Made by a program: the position numbers and the translations under genes. From Candidatus Aegiribacteria sp. (GTDB lineage Bacteria > Fermentibacterota > Fermentibacteria > Fermentibacterales > JCC-6), in NCBI GenBank assembly GCA_046498225.1, contig JAWOBF010000040.1, positions 1-51,209 on the forward strand: DNA of 51,209 bases, in the 5' to 3' direction. The notes beneath the pieces were generated by a model. The model was not told where the DNA came from and made no database searches. It saw only the letters and a list, made by a program, of their open reading frames with translations. Positions 1 through 9,649 of the stretch are shown piece after piece. Each line of letters opens with the position of its first letter. The first letter of the stretch is position 1.

Positions 1-825
1 GTTCAGCCCCCGGTGCCCAGGGATGAGAAATGGGTCCTCATCATCTCCACTCTGAAGGGGTGTCCGGTGAAATGCCCAATCTGTGACGCCGGAAGAGCCT
101 ATTCGGGAAAGCTCACAGCCGGGGAGATGTTCTCGCAGATCGATCACATGGTGACCGCCAGGTATCCGGACCGAAGGGTGCCCGTTCCCAAGTTCAAGGT
201 TCAGTTCGCAAGAATGGGGGACCCCGCGTTCAATCCCGCGGTCCTCCAGGTGCTGAGAGATCTTCCCTCAGTCTACCATGCGCCGGGCCTTCTGCCCAGC
301 ATATCCACCATAGCGCCCGCCGGCTGCATGGACTTCCTGGAAGATCTCCTGCATATCAAGGATGAGCTCTACTCCGGCGGAATGTTCCAGATGCAGTTCT
401 CCATCCATTCCTCCTCCCCCAGCGCCAGAGCCGAGCTGGTTCCCTTTCCCACCCTCGATTTCCCGGAGATGAGCGAATGGGGGGTAAGGTTCCACCGCAG
501 GGGGGACAGGAAGGTCTCCCTGAACTTCGCCGCGGTCACCGGCTTCCCTGTGGATCCGGAAGTGATAGCGGATTTCTTCCCCCCTTCGGCTTTCATGGTG
601 AAACTTACTCCGGTCAATCCGACAGCGTCCTCGGCCGGTCGGGGTCTTCGGGGAGTGATAGACCCTCTGGACCCGGGAACGGGAAAGGAGCTGGTGGAGG
701 GTTTTCAGGAGGCCGGATTCGAAACCGTGCTGAGCATAGGCGAGACCAGGGAGAATCAGATAGGTTCCAACTGCGGAATGTACGCGGGACTCATCAGGGA
801 TGAACTGAACGCCACAGTACCGTAG
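1..825 (+). CDS. Radical SAM enzyme, RlmN/Cfr-like family (5' truncated by window edge)
   Basis: Frame is open from base 1 (VQPPVPRDEKW...). It has the CxxxCxxC motif (GCPVKCPICD), an MGDP motif equivalent to RlmN MGEP, and C-terminal NCG equivalent to RlmN ACG. Confidence 0.8.
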   Translation, partial: VQPPVPRDEKWVLIISTLKGCPVKCPICDAGRAYSGKLTAGEMFSQIDHMVTARYPDRRVPVPKFKVQFARMGDPAFNPAVLQVLRDLPSVYHAPGLLPSISTIAPAGCMDFLEDLLHIKDELYSGGMFQMQFSIHSSSPSARAELVPFPTLDFPEMSEWGVRFHRRGDRKVSLNFAAVTGFPVDPEVIADFFPPSAFMVKLTPVNPTASSAGRGLRGVIDPLDPGTGKELVEGFQEAGFETVLSIGETRENQIGSNCGMYAGLIRDELNATVP

Positions 826-1277
826 CCCCCCGGGGACAGCACGGCGAAGACCCTCTGACCGGCCGGCGGGGCGAAATGGAACGCCGTGTAGGGATTGACG
901 GGTATGAAGCAGAACAGGGTCGTCATGTTCCTGGCCGTGTAGTCGACGCACCATACCAGCCAGCCCGAATTGTCGAAGGGGCCCCAGGTCTCGGTAGTGA
1001 CACCGGCCTCGTAGAGCTCTTTCAGTTCGTCGAAAGTGGGCATCCGCCAGTCGCCCTCCAGGCTGGATATCCACATTTCGGCGCCGCGCCGGTCGAAGTC
1101 CCTGTCCGGACCTACCCGCCACTGCAGCCCGGTGATAAGATCGGCGATCACTCCGTCCTGGGTCTTCCTGAACCTGTCATGGATCCCCATCCTGGCGGGG
1201 CCGCCGCATCCTGCGTGGAACAGAGATGATGAAACAGCCAGGCAGACCGCCGCCGCAAGGACGGTTCTTCTAACCAT
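756..1277 (-). CDS. DUF1566 (Lcl C-terminal)-like exported/lipoprotein
   Basis: Signal peptide with AGC lipobox-like end; RF...DGVIADLITGLQW and DWRMPTFDELKEL motifs typical of DUF1566. Confidence 0.7.
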   Translation of the reverse strand: MVRRTVLAAAVCLAVSSSLFHAGCGGPARMGIHDRFRKTQDGVIADLITGLQWRVGPDRDFDRRGAEMWISSLEGDWRMPTFDELKELYEAGVTTETWGPFDNSGWLVWCVDYTARNMTTLFCFIPVNPYTAFHFAPPAGQRVFAVLSPGGYGTVAFSSSLMSPAYIPQLEPI

Positions 1278-1333
1278 GTATCATCACCAGCCTTCACTCA
1301 GCAGGCAGTTCATCCGGAGCCTGTGGCAGGATG

Positions 1334-3421
1334 TCAGGCATCATTGTTCTGGGCGTACTGCAGCAGGTAGAGATTGTAGTAGATGCCTCTTTTGGCCAGA
1401 AGCTCCTGGTGGTTGCCCCTCTCCAGTATCCTTCCCTCGTCTATCACCAGTATCTGGTCCGCCTTCTGAATAGTGCTGAGCCTGTGGGCCACCACTATGC
1501 TGGTGCGGTTCTTCATAAGAACATCTATGGCGTTCTGTATAAGCTGCTCCGTGGCGGGGTCCACGTTGCTGGTAGCCTCGTCCAGCACAAGTATCCTCGG
1601 GTCGTGGGCCAGAGCCCGGGCGAAGCAGATAAGCTGCTTCTGGCCGGTGGAAAGCGTGGCCCCCCTCTCCGCCATAACGGTTTCGAATCCCCGGGGCAGC
1701 TTCTCTATGAAGGGTGTGGCCTGAACCATGTCCGCCGCCTGCCGGACCTGTTCCCTGGTAAAGTCGCTTCCCAGCCTGATGTTGTCCTCGATGCTCCTGC
1801 TGAATACGAAAGCGTCCTGAAGGACTATGGAGATACCGTCCCTGAGGGTTCTCACCGGAAGGTCCCTGATATCGGTGCCGTCCAGCAGTATTCTTCCGCT
1901 GTCCACGTCGTAGAACCTGCAGAGCAGGCTTATGATGGAGGTCTTTCCGGCTCCCGTGGGACCCACAAGGGCAACGGACCTCCCGGGTTCGACCTTGAAG
2001 CTCACGTTGCAGAGGACCCTGTTGTCCTCCTCGTAGGAGAAGTTCACGTTGTCGAACTCGATGCTCCCGGACAGCCTGACGTTTTCCGTGTCGGGGCTGT
2101 CCACTATTTCAGGTTCGGTGTCCATGATCTTGAATATTCTCTCTCCGGCCGCCATGGCGCTCTGCATAATGTTGTACTTCTGGCTGATGTCCGACAGGGG
2201 GCGGAACATCTGCCTCACGTAACTGATGAACGCCACCAGGGCACCCAGGGTAAGGGCGCCGCTGAGAACGTTCCCGCCCCCGTACACCAGTACCAGGGCA
2301 ATACCTATCGATGCGGTTATCTCTATGAGAGGCCTGAAAATACCGAATATGATCAGCTGCTTCATGTTGGCGTCGAAATAGTCGAGGTTGGTCTCCCTGT
2401 ATTCGCTGCGGCGCCTTTTCTCCTGCCTGAATATCTGGACTATCTTTATACCGCTGAGGTCCTCCGCCAGCCTGGAGTTGAGCTTGGCGAGGTGTTTTCG
2501 AACCGCCCTGTAAGCTCCCCTGGCCTTCACCCTGAAAACCACCGTGACCACGATGAAGATGGGGGTGACCGCAAGGGATACCAGGGCCAGTTTCACGTTG
2601 AGCAGGAAGAGGATCACCGCGGTTCCCACGATGAGAAGGAAATCCTTCACCAGGTTCACCAGAACGGCGGTGAACATCTCGTTCAGAGCTTCAATGTCGT
2701 TGGTGACCCTGGTGACCAGCCTTCCGATGGGATTCTGCGAATAGAACTTGAGGGACAACTCCTGAATGTGCCTGAACAGTTCCGTACGGACATCGTACAT
2801 TGACCTCTGGCCCACTATCACCAGTGTCATTACATGCCCGTAGCCCGCTCCCAGGCTGATCAGTATCAGCACGCCCAGCAAAAGGGCCAGCCTTCTGACA
2901 CCGGCTATGTCGTCACCCCTAACGTCCAGTATCACGGAAAGCGGAACGCTGGACAGCTCCCTCTCCGGGACCAGCCAGTTGCCGTTCCTGGTTTCTCCGG
3001 TCTCACCGTTGAACCGGTCGCCGGGAAAGAGGTAGAAAGTTTCCCTCAGAAGGTTGCCGTCCTCCTCCATCTGTACCCTTCTGGCCGGGTCCATGCCGTC
3101 CAGGGCTGCCTTTCTCACCAGTATCGCTGTATCCGATTCAAGGGGTATGAAGTCGGCCGGCTCGGGGGACTGCTCCACCAGCTCGGCGCACACCTCCGCC
3201 GGACCGTTGTAGACCTGGTAGAGCTTGGCCAGATAGTTGTCGATGCCCTGCTTGGTTATGTAGGGCACCAGGAGTTCCACCCCGGCGGTGATGAACATGA
3301 AGAACATGGCCATGAAGATAAGCTTCTTGTGGGGTTTCACATAGTGGAGAAGCCTTCGGACAAGGGTGCTGTCGTACAGCTTGCCGCCTACCGCGTCTTC
3401 GACGAAGGGGTTTCCGCGCAT
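1334..3421 (-). CDS. ABC transporter permease/ATP-binding subunit, MdlB-like (degenerate-signature half)
   Basis: TM domain, Walker A GPTGAGKT, LSTGQKQ signature, LVLDEAT Walker B, AHRLST; coupled to the upstream paralog. Confidence 0.93.
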   Translation of the reverse strand: MRGNPFVEDAVGGKLYDSTLVRRLLHYVKPHKKLIFMAMFFMFITAGVELLVPYITKQGIDNYLAKLYQVYNGPAEVCAELVEQSPEPADFIPLESDTAILVRKAALDGMDPARRVQMEEDGNLLRETFYLFPGDRFNGETGETRNGNWLVPERELSSVPLSVILDVRGDDIAGVRRLALLLGVLILISLGAGYGHVMTLVIVGQRSMYDVRTELFRHIQELSLKFYSQNPIGRLVTRVTNDIEALNEMFTAVLVNLVKDFLLIVGTAVILFLLNVKLALVSLAVTPIFIVVTVVFRVKARGAYRAVRKHLAKLNSRLAEDLSGIKIVQIFRQEKRRRSEYRETNLDYFDANMKQLIIFGIFRPLIEITASIGIALVLVYGGGNVLSGALTLGALVAFISYVRQMFRPLSDISQKYNIMQSAMAAGERIFKIMDTEPEIVDSPDTENVRLSGSIEFDNVNFSYEEDNRVLCNVSFKVEPGRSVALVGPTGAGKTSIISLLCRFYDVDSGRILLDGTDIRDLPVRTLRDGISIVLQDAFVFSRSIEDNIRLGSDFTREQVRQAADMVQATPFIEKLPRGFETVMAERGATLSTGQKQLICFARALAHDPRILVLDEATSNVDPATEQLIQNAIDVLMKNRTSIVVAHRLSTIQKADQILVIDEGRILERGNHQELLAKRGIYYNLYLLQYAQNNDA

Positions 3422-5220
3422 CAGCTCTCACCCCCTTCCTGTTCCGGGGGGTCTTCCTTCTTCGCCTCTTCCTCCAGCTGCTGCATCCTGTACAGCTCCG
3501 CGTAGAATCCGTCACGGTCCAGAAGCTGGGCGTGGGTGCCTTTCTCAACTATTCTGCCATCGTCCATTACGATGATATGGTCGGCGTTCTGTATGGTGCT
3601 TATCCTGTGGGCTATGAGAATGCTGGTGAGATTTCTGATATCGTGCTTCAGTCTCTCCAGTATCGCGGCTTCCGTTTCGGTATCGATGCTGGAAAGCGCG
3701 TCGTCCAGCACCAGTATCCTGGGCCTGACCGCCAGTGCCCTTGCGATGGCGACCCTCTGTTTCTGGCCGCCGGAGAGCGTGACACCCCGCTCCCCCACCA
3801 TCGTCTCGTAGCCATGGGGGAAATCCCTGATCTCGCTGTCTATGTCCACTATGGACGCCAGTCTCTCGATCTCCTCCCTGGGCATTTCCTCGTTCCCGAA
3901 CGCGATGTTGTCGGCGATGGACATAGCGAAGAGGAACGTCTCCTGTGGAACGTACCCGAACATCCCCCGAATAGCGGAGAGCTTCATGTCGTGTACGTCC
4001 TCCCCGCCGAGGAAGATGGTGTTTTCCGGAGGATCGTACAGTCTCATGAGAAGTTCGACCATGGTGGTCTTGCCGGAGCCTGTGCGTCCCACGACTCCAA
4101 GCGTTTCCCCTTCGGAAAGCTGGAAGGACACGTCGCGCAGGACCTGGACGTCTGTGCCGGGATATGTGAAGGACAGGCTCTTCACTCGAATGGCCGGGCG
4201 GGGCTCAGCTTCCACTTCCCCTTCGCTGATATCGGGTTTGGTTGTGAATATCCTCTGAAGCCTGTCCATGCTGGCCGCGCCCCTCTGCAGAAGGTTCACC
4301 ACCCAGCCTATGGCCATCATGGGCCATATGAGCATCATCAGGTAACTGGAGAAGGCAACGAAATTCCCCAGGGAGATTATGCCCTTCACCACCATCGCGC
4401 CGCCTACACCGAGCAGGATGGCCATACTGGCCATGGCAAGGGCGCCTATCATAGGCTGGAAGAGTCCCCATATCCTGGCCAGCTTCACGTTCTGGTCCAC
4501 GCAGTCCTGGGCCCTCTGGGAAAAATACCTGTCCTCGGATTCCTCGTCTCCGTAAGCCTTTACCACCCTCACGCCGGACAGGGACTCCTGGGCTTTCTCC
4601 GTGAGATTGGAGAAGGCCTTCTGGACAGCCTCGAACCTCCTGTGGATGAGCTTTCCGAACTTGAGCATCATGAAGGCGATTATCGGAAGGGGGATCATGG
4701 TGATAAGCGTGAGCTTCCAGTTCATCAGAACCATTATGGTGATGCTGGCCAGGGAGAGGAAGATAGCGTCGAAGGCGGCGATGGTGGCCATACCGGTGGC
4801 CATTCGAATGGCGTTTATATCGTTGGTGGCGTGGGCCATGATGTCCCCCACCTTGGTCTGGTCGTAATACTGGGGCGAAAGGGTCTGAAGGTGGTCGTAC
4901 AGCTCCTGCCTCAGGTTCCTGTCGATTCTGAAGCTGGAACCTATCACCAGGTAGCGCCAGAAGAACCTGAATATCCCCATTACGAAATAGAGTCCGAGAA
5001 TGGCCAGCCCCATCTGCAGGAGGAACGAACCGGTCGCCGCTCCACTGGCCAGGCTGTCGATGGTCCTCTCGAACACCTGCGGCACGATGAGCTGCATGGC
5101 GTCAACCACCACAAGTGTAAGGAGCCCGAGACCCACAGCTTTCTTGTGCTTGAGGATACGGGCGAAAAGCAGCCTCAGGCTGGACTTGCTTGCGGCTTCT
5201 TCCCGGGGTATGGACCTCAA
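3421..5220 (-). CDS. ABC transporter permease/ATP-binding subunit, MdlA-like
   Basis: GRTGSGKT, LSGGQKQR, LVLDDALS (non-canonical Walker B of heterodimeric exporters); TGATG overlap with the next gene. Confidence 0.93.
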   Translation of the reverse strand: MRSIPREEAASKSSLRLLFARILKHKKAVGLGLLTLVVVDAMQLIVPQVFERTIDSLASGAATGSFLLQMGLAILGLYFVMGIFRFFWRYLVIGSSFRIDRNLRQELYDHLQTLSPQYYDQTKVGDIMAHATNDINAIRMATGMATIAAFDAIFLSLASITIMVLMNWKLTLITMIPLPIIAFMMLKFGKLIHRRFEAVQKAFSNLTEKAQESLSGVRVVKAYGDEESEDRYFSQRAQDCVDQNVKLARIWGLFQPMIGALAMASMAILLGVGGAMVVKGIISLGNFVAFSSYLMMLIWPMMAIGWVVNLLQRGAASMDRLQRIFTTKPDISEGEVEAEPRPAIRVKSLSFTYPGTDVQVLRDVSFQLSEGETLGVVGRTGSGKTTMVELLMRLYDPPENTIFLGGEDVHDMKLSAIRGMFGYVPQETFLFAMSIADNIAFGNEEMPREEIERLASIVDIDSEIRDFPHGYETMVGERGVTLSGGQKQRVAIARALAVRPRILVLDDALSSIDTETEAAILERLKHDIRNLTSILIAHRISTIQNADHIIVMDDGRIVEKGTHAQLLDRDGFYAELYRMQQLEEEAKKEDPPEQEGGES

Positions 5221-5250
5221 ATGTATCCCTTCATCATGGCTCTTGCACGC

Positions 5251-5580
5251 TTACTCGTAGTAATCCTCGACTGTGGTCTGTACTGTGTATTCGAGCAGCT
5301 CCAGCTTCCGCAGGTCGGGGTCCATGGACCATCCCTCCTCGGTGGGGACCGCGGTCACCGTCACCGGAAGACCGTACAGGGGAACGAGTTCACTGGCCAG
5401 GTCTCCCACAAGGGCATACCTCTCTCCGGTCTTGAAATCCTCGAAGACAACCGTCTCCGACCGTGTTCCCACGGCCATGACCTGAGTGGTCCCGGTCAGC
5501 TGGAGGTAATTCTCAGGCATGCTCTGCGAAGGGCCGCAGGCGACCATGACAATAATGAACGCCGCCGTGAGATACTTCAT
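5251..5580 (-). CDS. Hypothetical lipoprotein
   Basis: MKYLTAAFIIVMVAC lipobox; GGAGG upstream; fills the operon gap. Confidence 0.75.
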   Translation of the reverse strand: MKYLTAAFIIVMVACGPSQSMPENYLQLTGTTQVMAVGTRSETVVFEDFKTGERYALVGDLASELVPLYGLPVTVTAVPTEEGWSMDPDLRKLELLEYTVQTTVEDYYE

Positions 5581-5581
5581 T

Positions 5582-6898
5582 TTATCCTCCTGAATTCAGG
5601 GGCCAGGGCCTCAGCCGGCCGGTGTCGACCAGAGTTGTATCCGCAATGATTCCCCAGCCAGCCTCACCTACCCATCTGTCCAGTACCGCGCTCAGTTCAT
5701 CCGACGTGACAATCGAGGCGGTCTCCACTTCGGTAAAAGCGTTCCTCCAGTCCCCGGTGCATATCTGCCAGCTGCCCATCATGTAGCACTGATCGGCCTT
5801 GGCCGACGCCCTGAGAAGCATCCTGGTGAGGGATTTCCTGACGGTTCCCTCCACGAGGTCCCCGTCCACCGGGTCTTCTATCATGTCTCTCGTCACCGCT
5901 GCCATCAGGGAACAGGCCCGGGCAGGATCGGGTGTGCTGACGTACATATAGCCCCAGTTCTCCCTGTAGGTGGTGGCTCCGGCGTAGGTTGCGTACGTCA
6001 GAGCGTGATCCGTCCTGAGAACCTGCCATAGAATATCGCTGATGACCGTCATCGCCAGGCGGAACGGAAGCTGGTCGGGGTGGCCCTGTGGAGGAGCGTT
6101 GAACTTCACCACAGCGTAAGCTGTCCGGACATCCCGATGCTGTATCGCCAGGGTGTCGGAGCTGACGGTGAAGGGCTCCACGGCAGGGAAATCCCGCCCG
6201 CCACGGGGAATGGCGCCGAAGGCGGATTCCAGTATGTCCCTCAGTTCATCGGGCTCGGTGGGACCCGCGTGAGTGATAAGCAGGTTCCCCGCTCTGATCC
6301 TTTCGTCCAGCAGCCGGCTCACGTCATCCCTGGTGAAGGCCCCCACTGTCTCAGGTGTGCCGTCGGGGAGCATCCTGTAGGTGTGACCGGGCATGAACGC
6401 ATCGTTGGCCACGAACCATATCCAGCTGTCAGGGTCGTTGTATTTCTCCTGCAGGTCCTGCAGTGTACTCGTCCTGACCTGCTCGAGAGCCCCCCGGTCA
6501 AGTTCGGGATTCAGCAGGCAGTCGCCGAATGCCACCAAAAGCTGAGTAAGGTCTTCCGAGATGCACTTCAGGTGGTATCTGCTGTAGTCGTAGTTGAAGC
6601 TGCTGGTCCACTCCGCCTGTGTCCTGTCCATGAGGTCGCGCCATACCGGCCCGGGATATTCCTCCGAGCCCATCATGGCGCATTCCAGCGCGAATCTCTC
6701 AAGCCCCTGAGTATCCTCGGTGAGAGCGCTGGACCCGCCTGTGATGAACAGGGAGACGCCTTCTATCAGGTTATTGTCCAGGGTCCTCGATATCACCGGA
6801 ATACCGTTGGAAAGGGTGAACTCGTATACATTCTCCGGCACCCGGGCCGAAGCGGAGAGGGCTAGGGCCAGGATCAGCGGAAGCGGAAACATCCTCAA
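5582..6898 (-). CDS. M16 family peptidase, non-catalytic subunit (exported)
   Basis: Signal peptide, TLSNGIPVI N-terminus, no HxxEH, C-terminal LRT..LTY R/Y pair; tandem with the catalytic subunit. Confidence 0.85.
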   Translation of the reverse strand: MRMFPLPLILALALSASARVPENVYEFTLSNGIPVISRTLDNNLIEGVSLFITGGSSALTEDTQGLERFALECAMMGSEEYPGPVWRDLMDRTQAEWTSSFNYDYSRYHLKCISEDLTQLLVAFGDCLLNPELDRGALEQVRTSTLQDLQEKYNDPDSWIWFVANDAFMPGHTYRMLPDGTPETVGAFTRDDVSRLLDERIRAGNLLITHAGPTEPDELRDILESAFGAIPRGGRDFPAVEPFTVSSDTLAIQHRDVRTAYAVVKFNAPPQGHPDQLPFRLAMTVISDILWQVLRTDHALTYATYAGATTYRENWGYMYVSTPDPARACSLMAAVTRDMIEDPVDGDLVEGTVRKSLTRMLLRASAKADQCYMMGSWQICTGDWRNAFTEVETASIVTSDELSAVLDRWVGEAGWGIIADTTLVDTGRLRPWPLNSGG

Positions 6899-8211
6899 CT
6901 CCGAACCTCCCCCTCATCCATGGGCATCATGACGAATACCGCCCTGGGCCTTTCATTTATCCAGCGGTGGATGTAATCGGTGACATCGTCCGTCTCCACC
7001 GCCTGAAGGCTGTCCAGGTAGGTGGAGTAGTAGTCCAGGTCGCCTGCCACTACCCACCAGAAGGGAAGCGACTCCACAGCCACGTCCCGGGATGTTTCCT
7101 CCGCCATTATCCTGTGGCGGTAGAGCTCGTCCTTGGCCAGCTGAATGCCTTCCGGATCATAGTAACCCGGTTGCTGGAGCTGGTCGATCTCCTCGAGCAG
7201 GAGGTCAAGGGCCTCTTCTGCTCTATCCGGCGGGACCATGCCGGCGAAGGTTATGGTCGGCGTGAACCTCTGGGTGTAGTATGAGCCGTAAATGCTGATG
7301 AAGGGCCCGTTGGTGACCAGGTCTGTATAGAACTCCCCGCTCATCAGCGAGAGGTAGGATCCCCATACATCGGCCGGATAGCTGTCCGACGGGTCGGTGG
7401 AAATGGAGGGCCCTTCGTAAACCACCGATACATACCCCGCGCCGGATGGGCTGTGGACGAACACCGTGGTGTCCCGCTCTATCCTTACAAGTCCGGGAAG
7501 GCTGTCGTAATCGCTTCGTCCTCCGTACTCCCAGGATGAGAAATGCTCCTCGGCCAGAGCGAAGGCCTCCCCGAAGTCCACATCCCCGGCAATAATCAGC
7601 GCCGAGTTGTCAGGGGTGTAGTACTTACGCTGGAAATCATGCATGGCCGGCGGGGAGGCGGCCTGTATGACTTCCGGGTCGCCTATGGCGCTGTAACGCC
7701 AGGGGGCGTCGGCACAGAGCACATTCTCCCGGGCTATGGAGAGAGCGTGAAATGGACCGCTCAGTCCCCTCTGGTACTCGTTCATTATGACTTCCCTCTC
7801 CCTTTCCATCTCATCAATGTCGAAAAGTGGAGAGGTAATGGCGTTGTACATGAACTCAAGGCCTTCGGCGAAGCTGCCGCTGCCCAGGGTAATGTAATAC
7901 TGGACCTTCTCGGGGGATGTGGTGCCGTTCTGCAGGATTCCCAGCTCACCCAGCCTGCGGTTGTAGGCCGTCTGGTCGGGCAGGGCCCCGTTGCCCTTGA
8001 AGAACATGTGCTCGTAGAAATGCGCCAGTCCGTTGGTCTCGGGCGTTTCACAGGTGGCCCCGGTCTTCACAGCTATGCATATGGTAACCACCGGGGAGAC
8101 GTGGTCCGGGCTGACAATTACCGTAAGTCCGTTGTCCAGTTCCCGCACCTGGAAATCAGCGGCCCCGGCGGTGAGCAGTGATGCGGCAAGAAGAAGAACA
8201 CAGGTCCTCAT
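6895..8211 (-). CDS. M16 family zinc peptidase, catalytic subunit (exported)
   Basis: Signal peptide; LDNGLTV; GLAHFYEHMFFKG (HxxEH inverted zinc motif); EREVIMNE. Confidence 0.92.
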   Translation of the reverse strand: MRTCVLLLAASLLTAGAADFQVRELDNGLTVIVSPDHVSPVVTICIAVKTGATCETPETNGLAHFYEHMFFKGNGALPDQTAYNRRLGELGILQNGTTSPEKVQYYITLGSGSFAEGLEFMYNAITSPLFDIDEMEREREVIMNEYQRGLSGPFHALSIARENVLCADAPWRYSAIGDPEVIQAASPPAMHDFQRKYYTPDNSALIIAGDVDFGEAFALAEEHFSSWEYGGRSDYDSLPGLVRIERDTTVFVHSPSGAGYVSVVYEGPSISTDPSDSYPADVWGSYLSLMSGEFYTDLVTNGPFISIYGSYYTQRFTPTITFAGMVPPDRAEEALDLLLEEIDQLQQPGYYDPEGIQLAKDELYRHRIMAEETSRDVAVESLPFWWVVAGDLDYYSTYLDSLQAVETDDVTDYIHRWINERPRAVFVMMPMDEGEVRS

Positions 8212-8350
8212 GCTGGCTCCCTTCAGTGATCGTAGTTCCGGGCGCGGCTCCGGCCGGGCAGATTAGTGAATCTAATAATTTTTTGGCAAAGTGTCTCGAA
8301 GAGGTCCGCAGAGGTTTTCATCAACGCTGTTCGCAGTGCATAATACATGC

Positions 8351-9649
8351 ATGGAAAAAACACTCGAGGTAACGGGGATAATTGACAGGGGGAAGTATCT
8401 CCCGGGCGGGTTCAGGATCCATCTGGACGAAGGCTTCATATCCGGGGTCTCCCCGGTGCGGCCCGCGGGCAGGTGGCAGAACTGCGTAGCCGTCCCCGGC
8501 CTCGTTCAGACTCACGTTCATCTGGGACAGACCCTTTTCAGAGGCATGGCCGAAGGCAGGACCCTCCTTCCCTGGCTGGAGAACAGGATATGGCCTTTCG
8601 AGGCTTCACATACGCCTGACACCCTGGCCGCATCCGTGATACTCTCACTTCGGGAGCTCTTCTCCTCCGGCTGCACGGGTCTTCTGGATATGGGCGTTCT
8701 GAGACACAGCGAAGTAACGGTGGACCTGCTCCGCAGGACGGGCGCCAGGGCTCTGACCGGTAATTCACTCATGGATGTGGGTCCGGATTGGATAACCGAG
8801 GATATCGCGTGGCTCAGGGAGGAATCTGAAAGGGTCAGGCGCGCCTGCGGGGATAATGTGGGCTATGTTTTCGTGCCCAGGTTCGCCCTGTCCTGTTCGG
8901 ACGGCATCTGGAAATGGATGTCCCGGGTTCCGGCCGGGATTCGCAGGGCCACCCACGCATCGGAATCCCCCGACGAGATACGGTACCCGGCCATAGCGGA
9001 CTCGGGAGGGAACGTGAGATTTCTTCACTCAAGGGGCTTCACAGGTCCCAGCACCCTCCTGGCTCACTGTATCCACCTCCAGGAAGGAGAGCCTGATATC
9101 CTCAAGAAGTCGGGTACTACCGCCGTGCACTGTCCCTGGACCAACCTGAGGCTGGGAAGCGGCATAGCTGACGTTCCCGCCCTGGCTTCTTCCGATGTGA
9201 CGGTGACCGTATCCAGCGACGGGGCTCCATGCAACAACCGCCTGGACCTTGCGGGGGATGTCCGCCTGGCGATGGCCCTGGCCTCTGTGAAGGGCACTCC
9301 ATCCTCGCTGTCATCCGAATACTGGTTCAGAAGCGTTACAGATGTGGCGGCCAGGTCCATGGGGTGGAGAGACGCGGGAAGACTGGCGGAAGGTTACGCG
9401 GCGGACCTGGTCCTTCTTCAGCCCTCCGGCCCCGAGCTTGAGGAGCTGGAGCTGGCGGAGGACCCGGTCAGATACCTGCTTGAGCTGGACTGGCCGCGGA
9501 GAGTGTCGCTCACGATGATCGCGGGAAGGACCGTCTACCGCAACGGCGAGTTCCCTACCCTGCCGCCCATGCCCATGGGCGCAGGCGAGGCCAGGAGCCT
9601 TGTGCTGGACAGGGCCGGCAATATTCCCGGAAACCCTCTCTCCCTGTGA
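8351..9649 (+). CDS. Metal-dependent amidohydrolase (MtaD/5'-deoxyadenosine deaminase-like)
   Basis: PGLVQTHVH (HxH), THASES, LAHCIH, HCPWTNLRLGSG, SSDG metal-ligand motifs. ATG at 8351 preferred over GTG at 8291. Confidence 0.85.
   Translation: MEKTLEVTGIIDRGKYLPGGFRIHLDEGFISGVSPVRPAGRWQNCVAVPGLVQTHVHLGQTLFRGMAEGRTLLPWLENRIWPFEASHTPDTLAASVILSLRELFSSGCTGLLDMGVLRHSEVTVDLLRRTGARALTGNSLMDVGPDWITEDIAWLREESERVRRACGDNVGYVFVPRFALSCSDGIWKWMSRVPAGIRRATHASESPDEIRYPAIADSGGNVRFLHSRGFTGPSTLLAHCIHLQEGEPDILKKSGTTAVHCPWTNLRLGSGIADVPALASSDVTVTVSSDGAPCNNRLDLAGDVRLAMALASVKGTPSSLSSEYWFRSVTDVAARSMGWRDAGRLAEGYAADLVLLQPSGPELEELELAEDPVRYLLELDWPRRVSLTMIAGRTVYRNGEFPTLPPMPMGAGEARSLVLDRAGNIPGNPLSL

Noticed and set aside
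1331..5649. Long plus-strand ORFs 1331-2803 and 3532-5649, and similar ones at 16933-18777 and 47872-49500
   Set aside because: Antisense shadows of well-conserved minus-strand genes in GC-rich DNA; no recognisable motifs.
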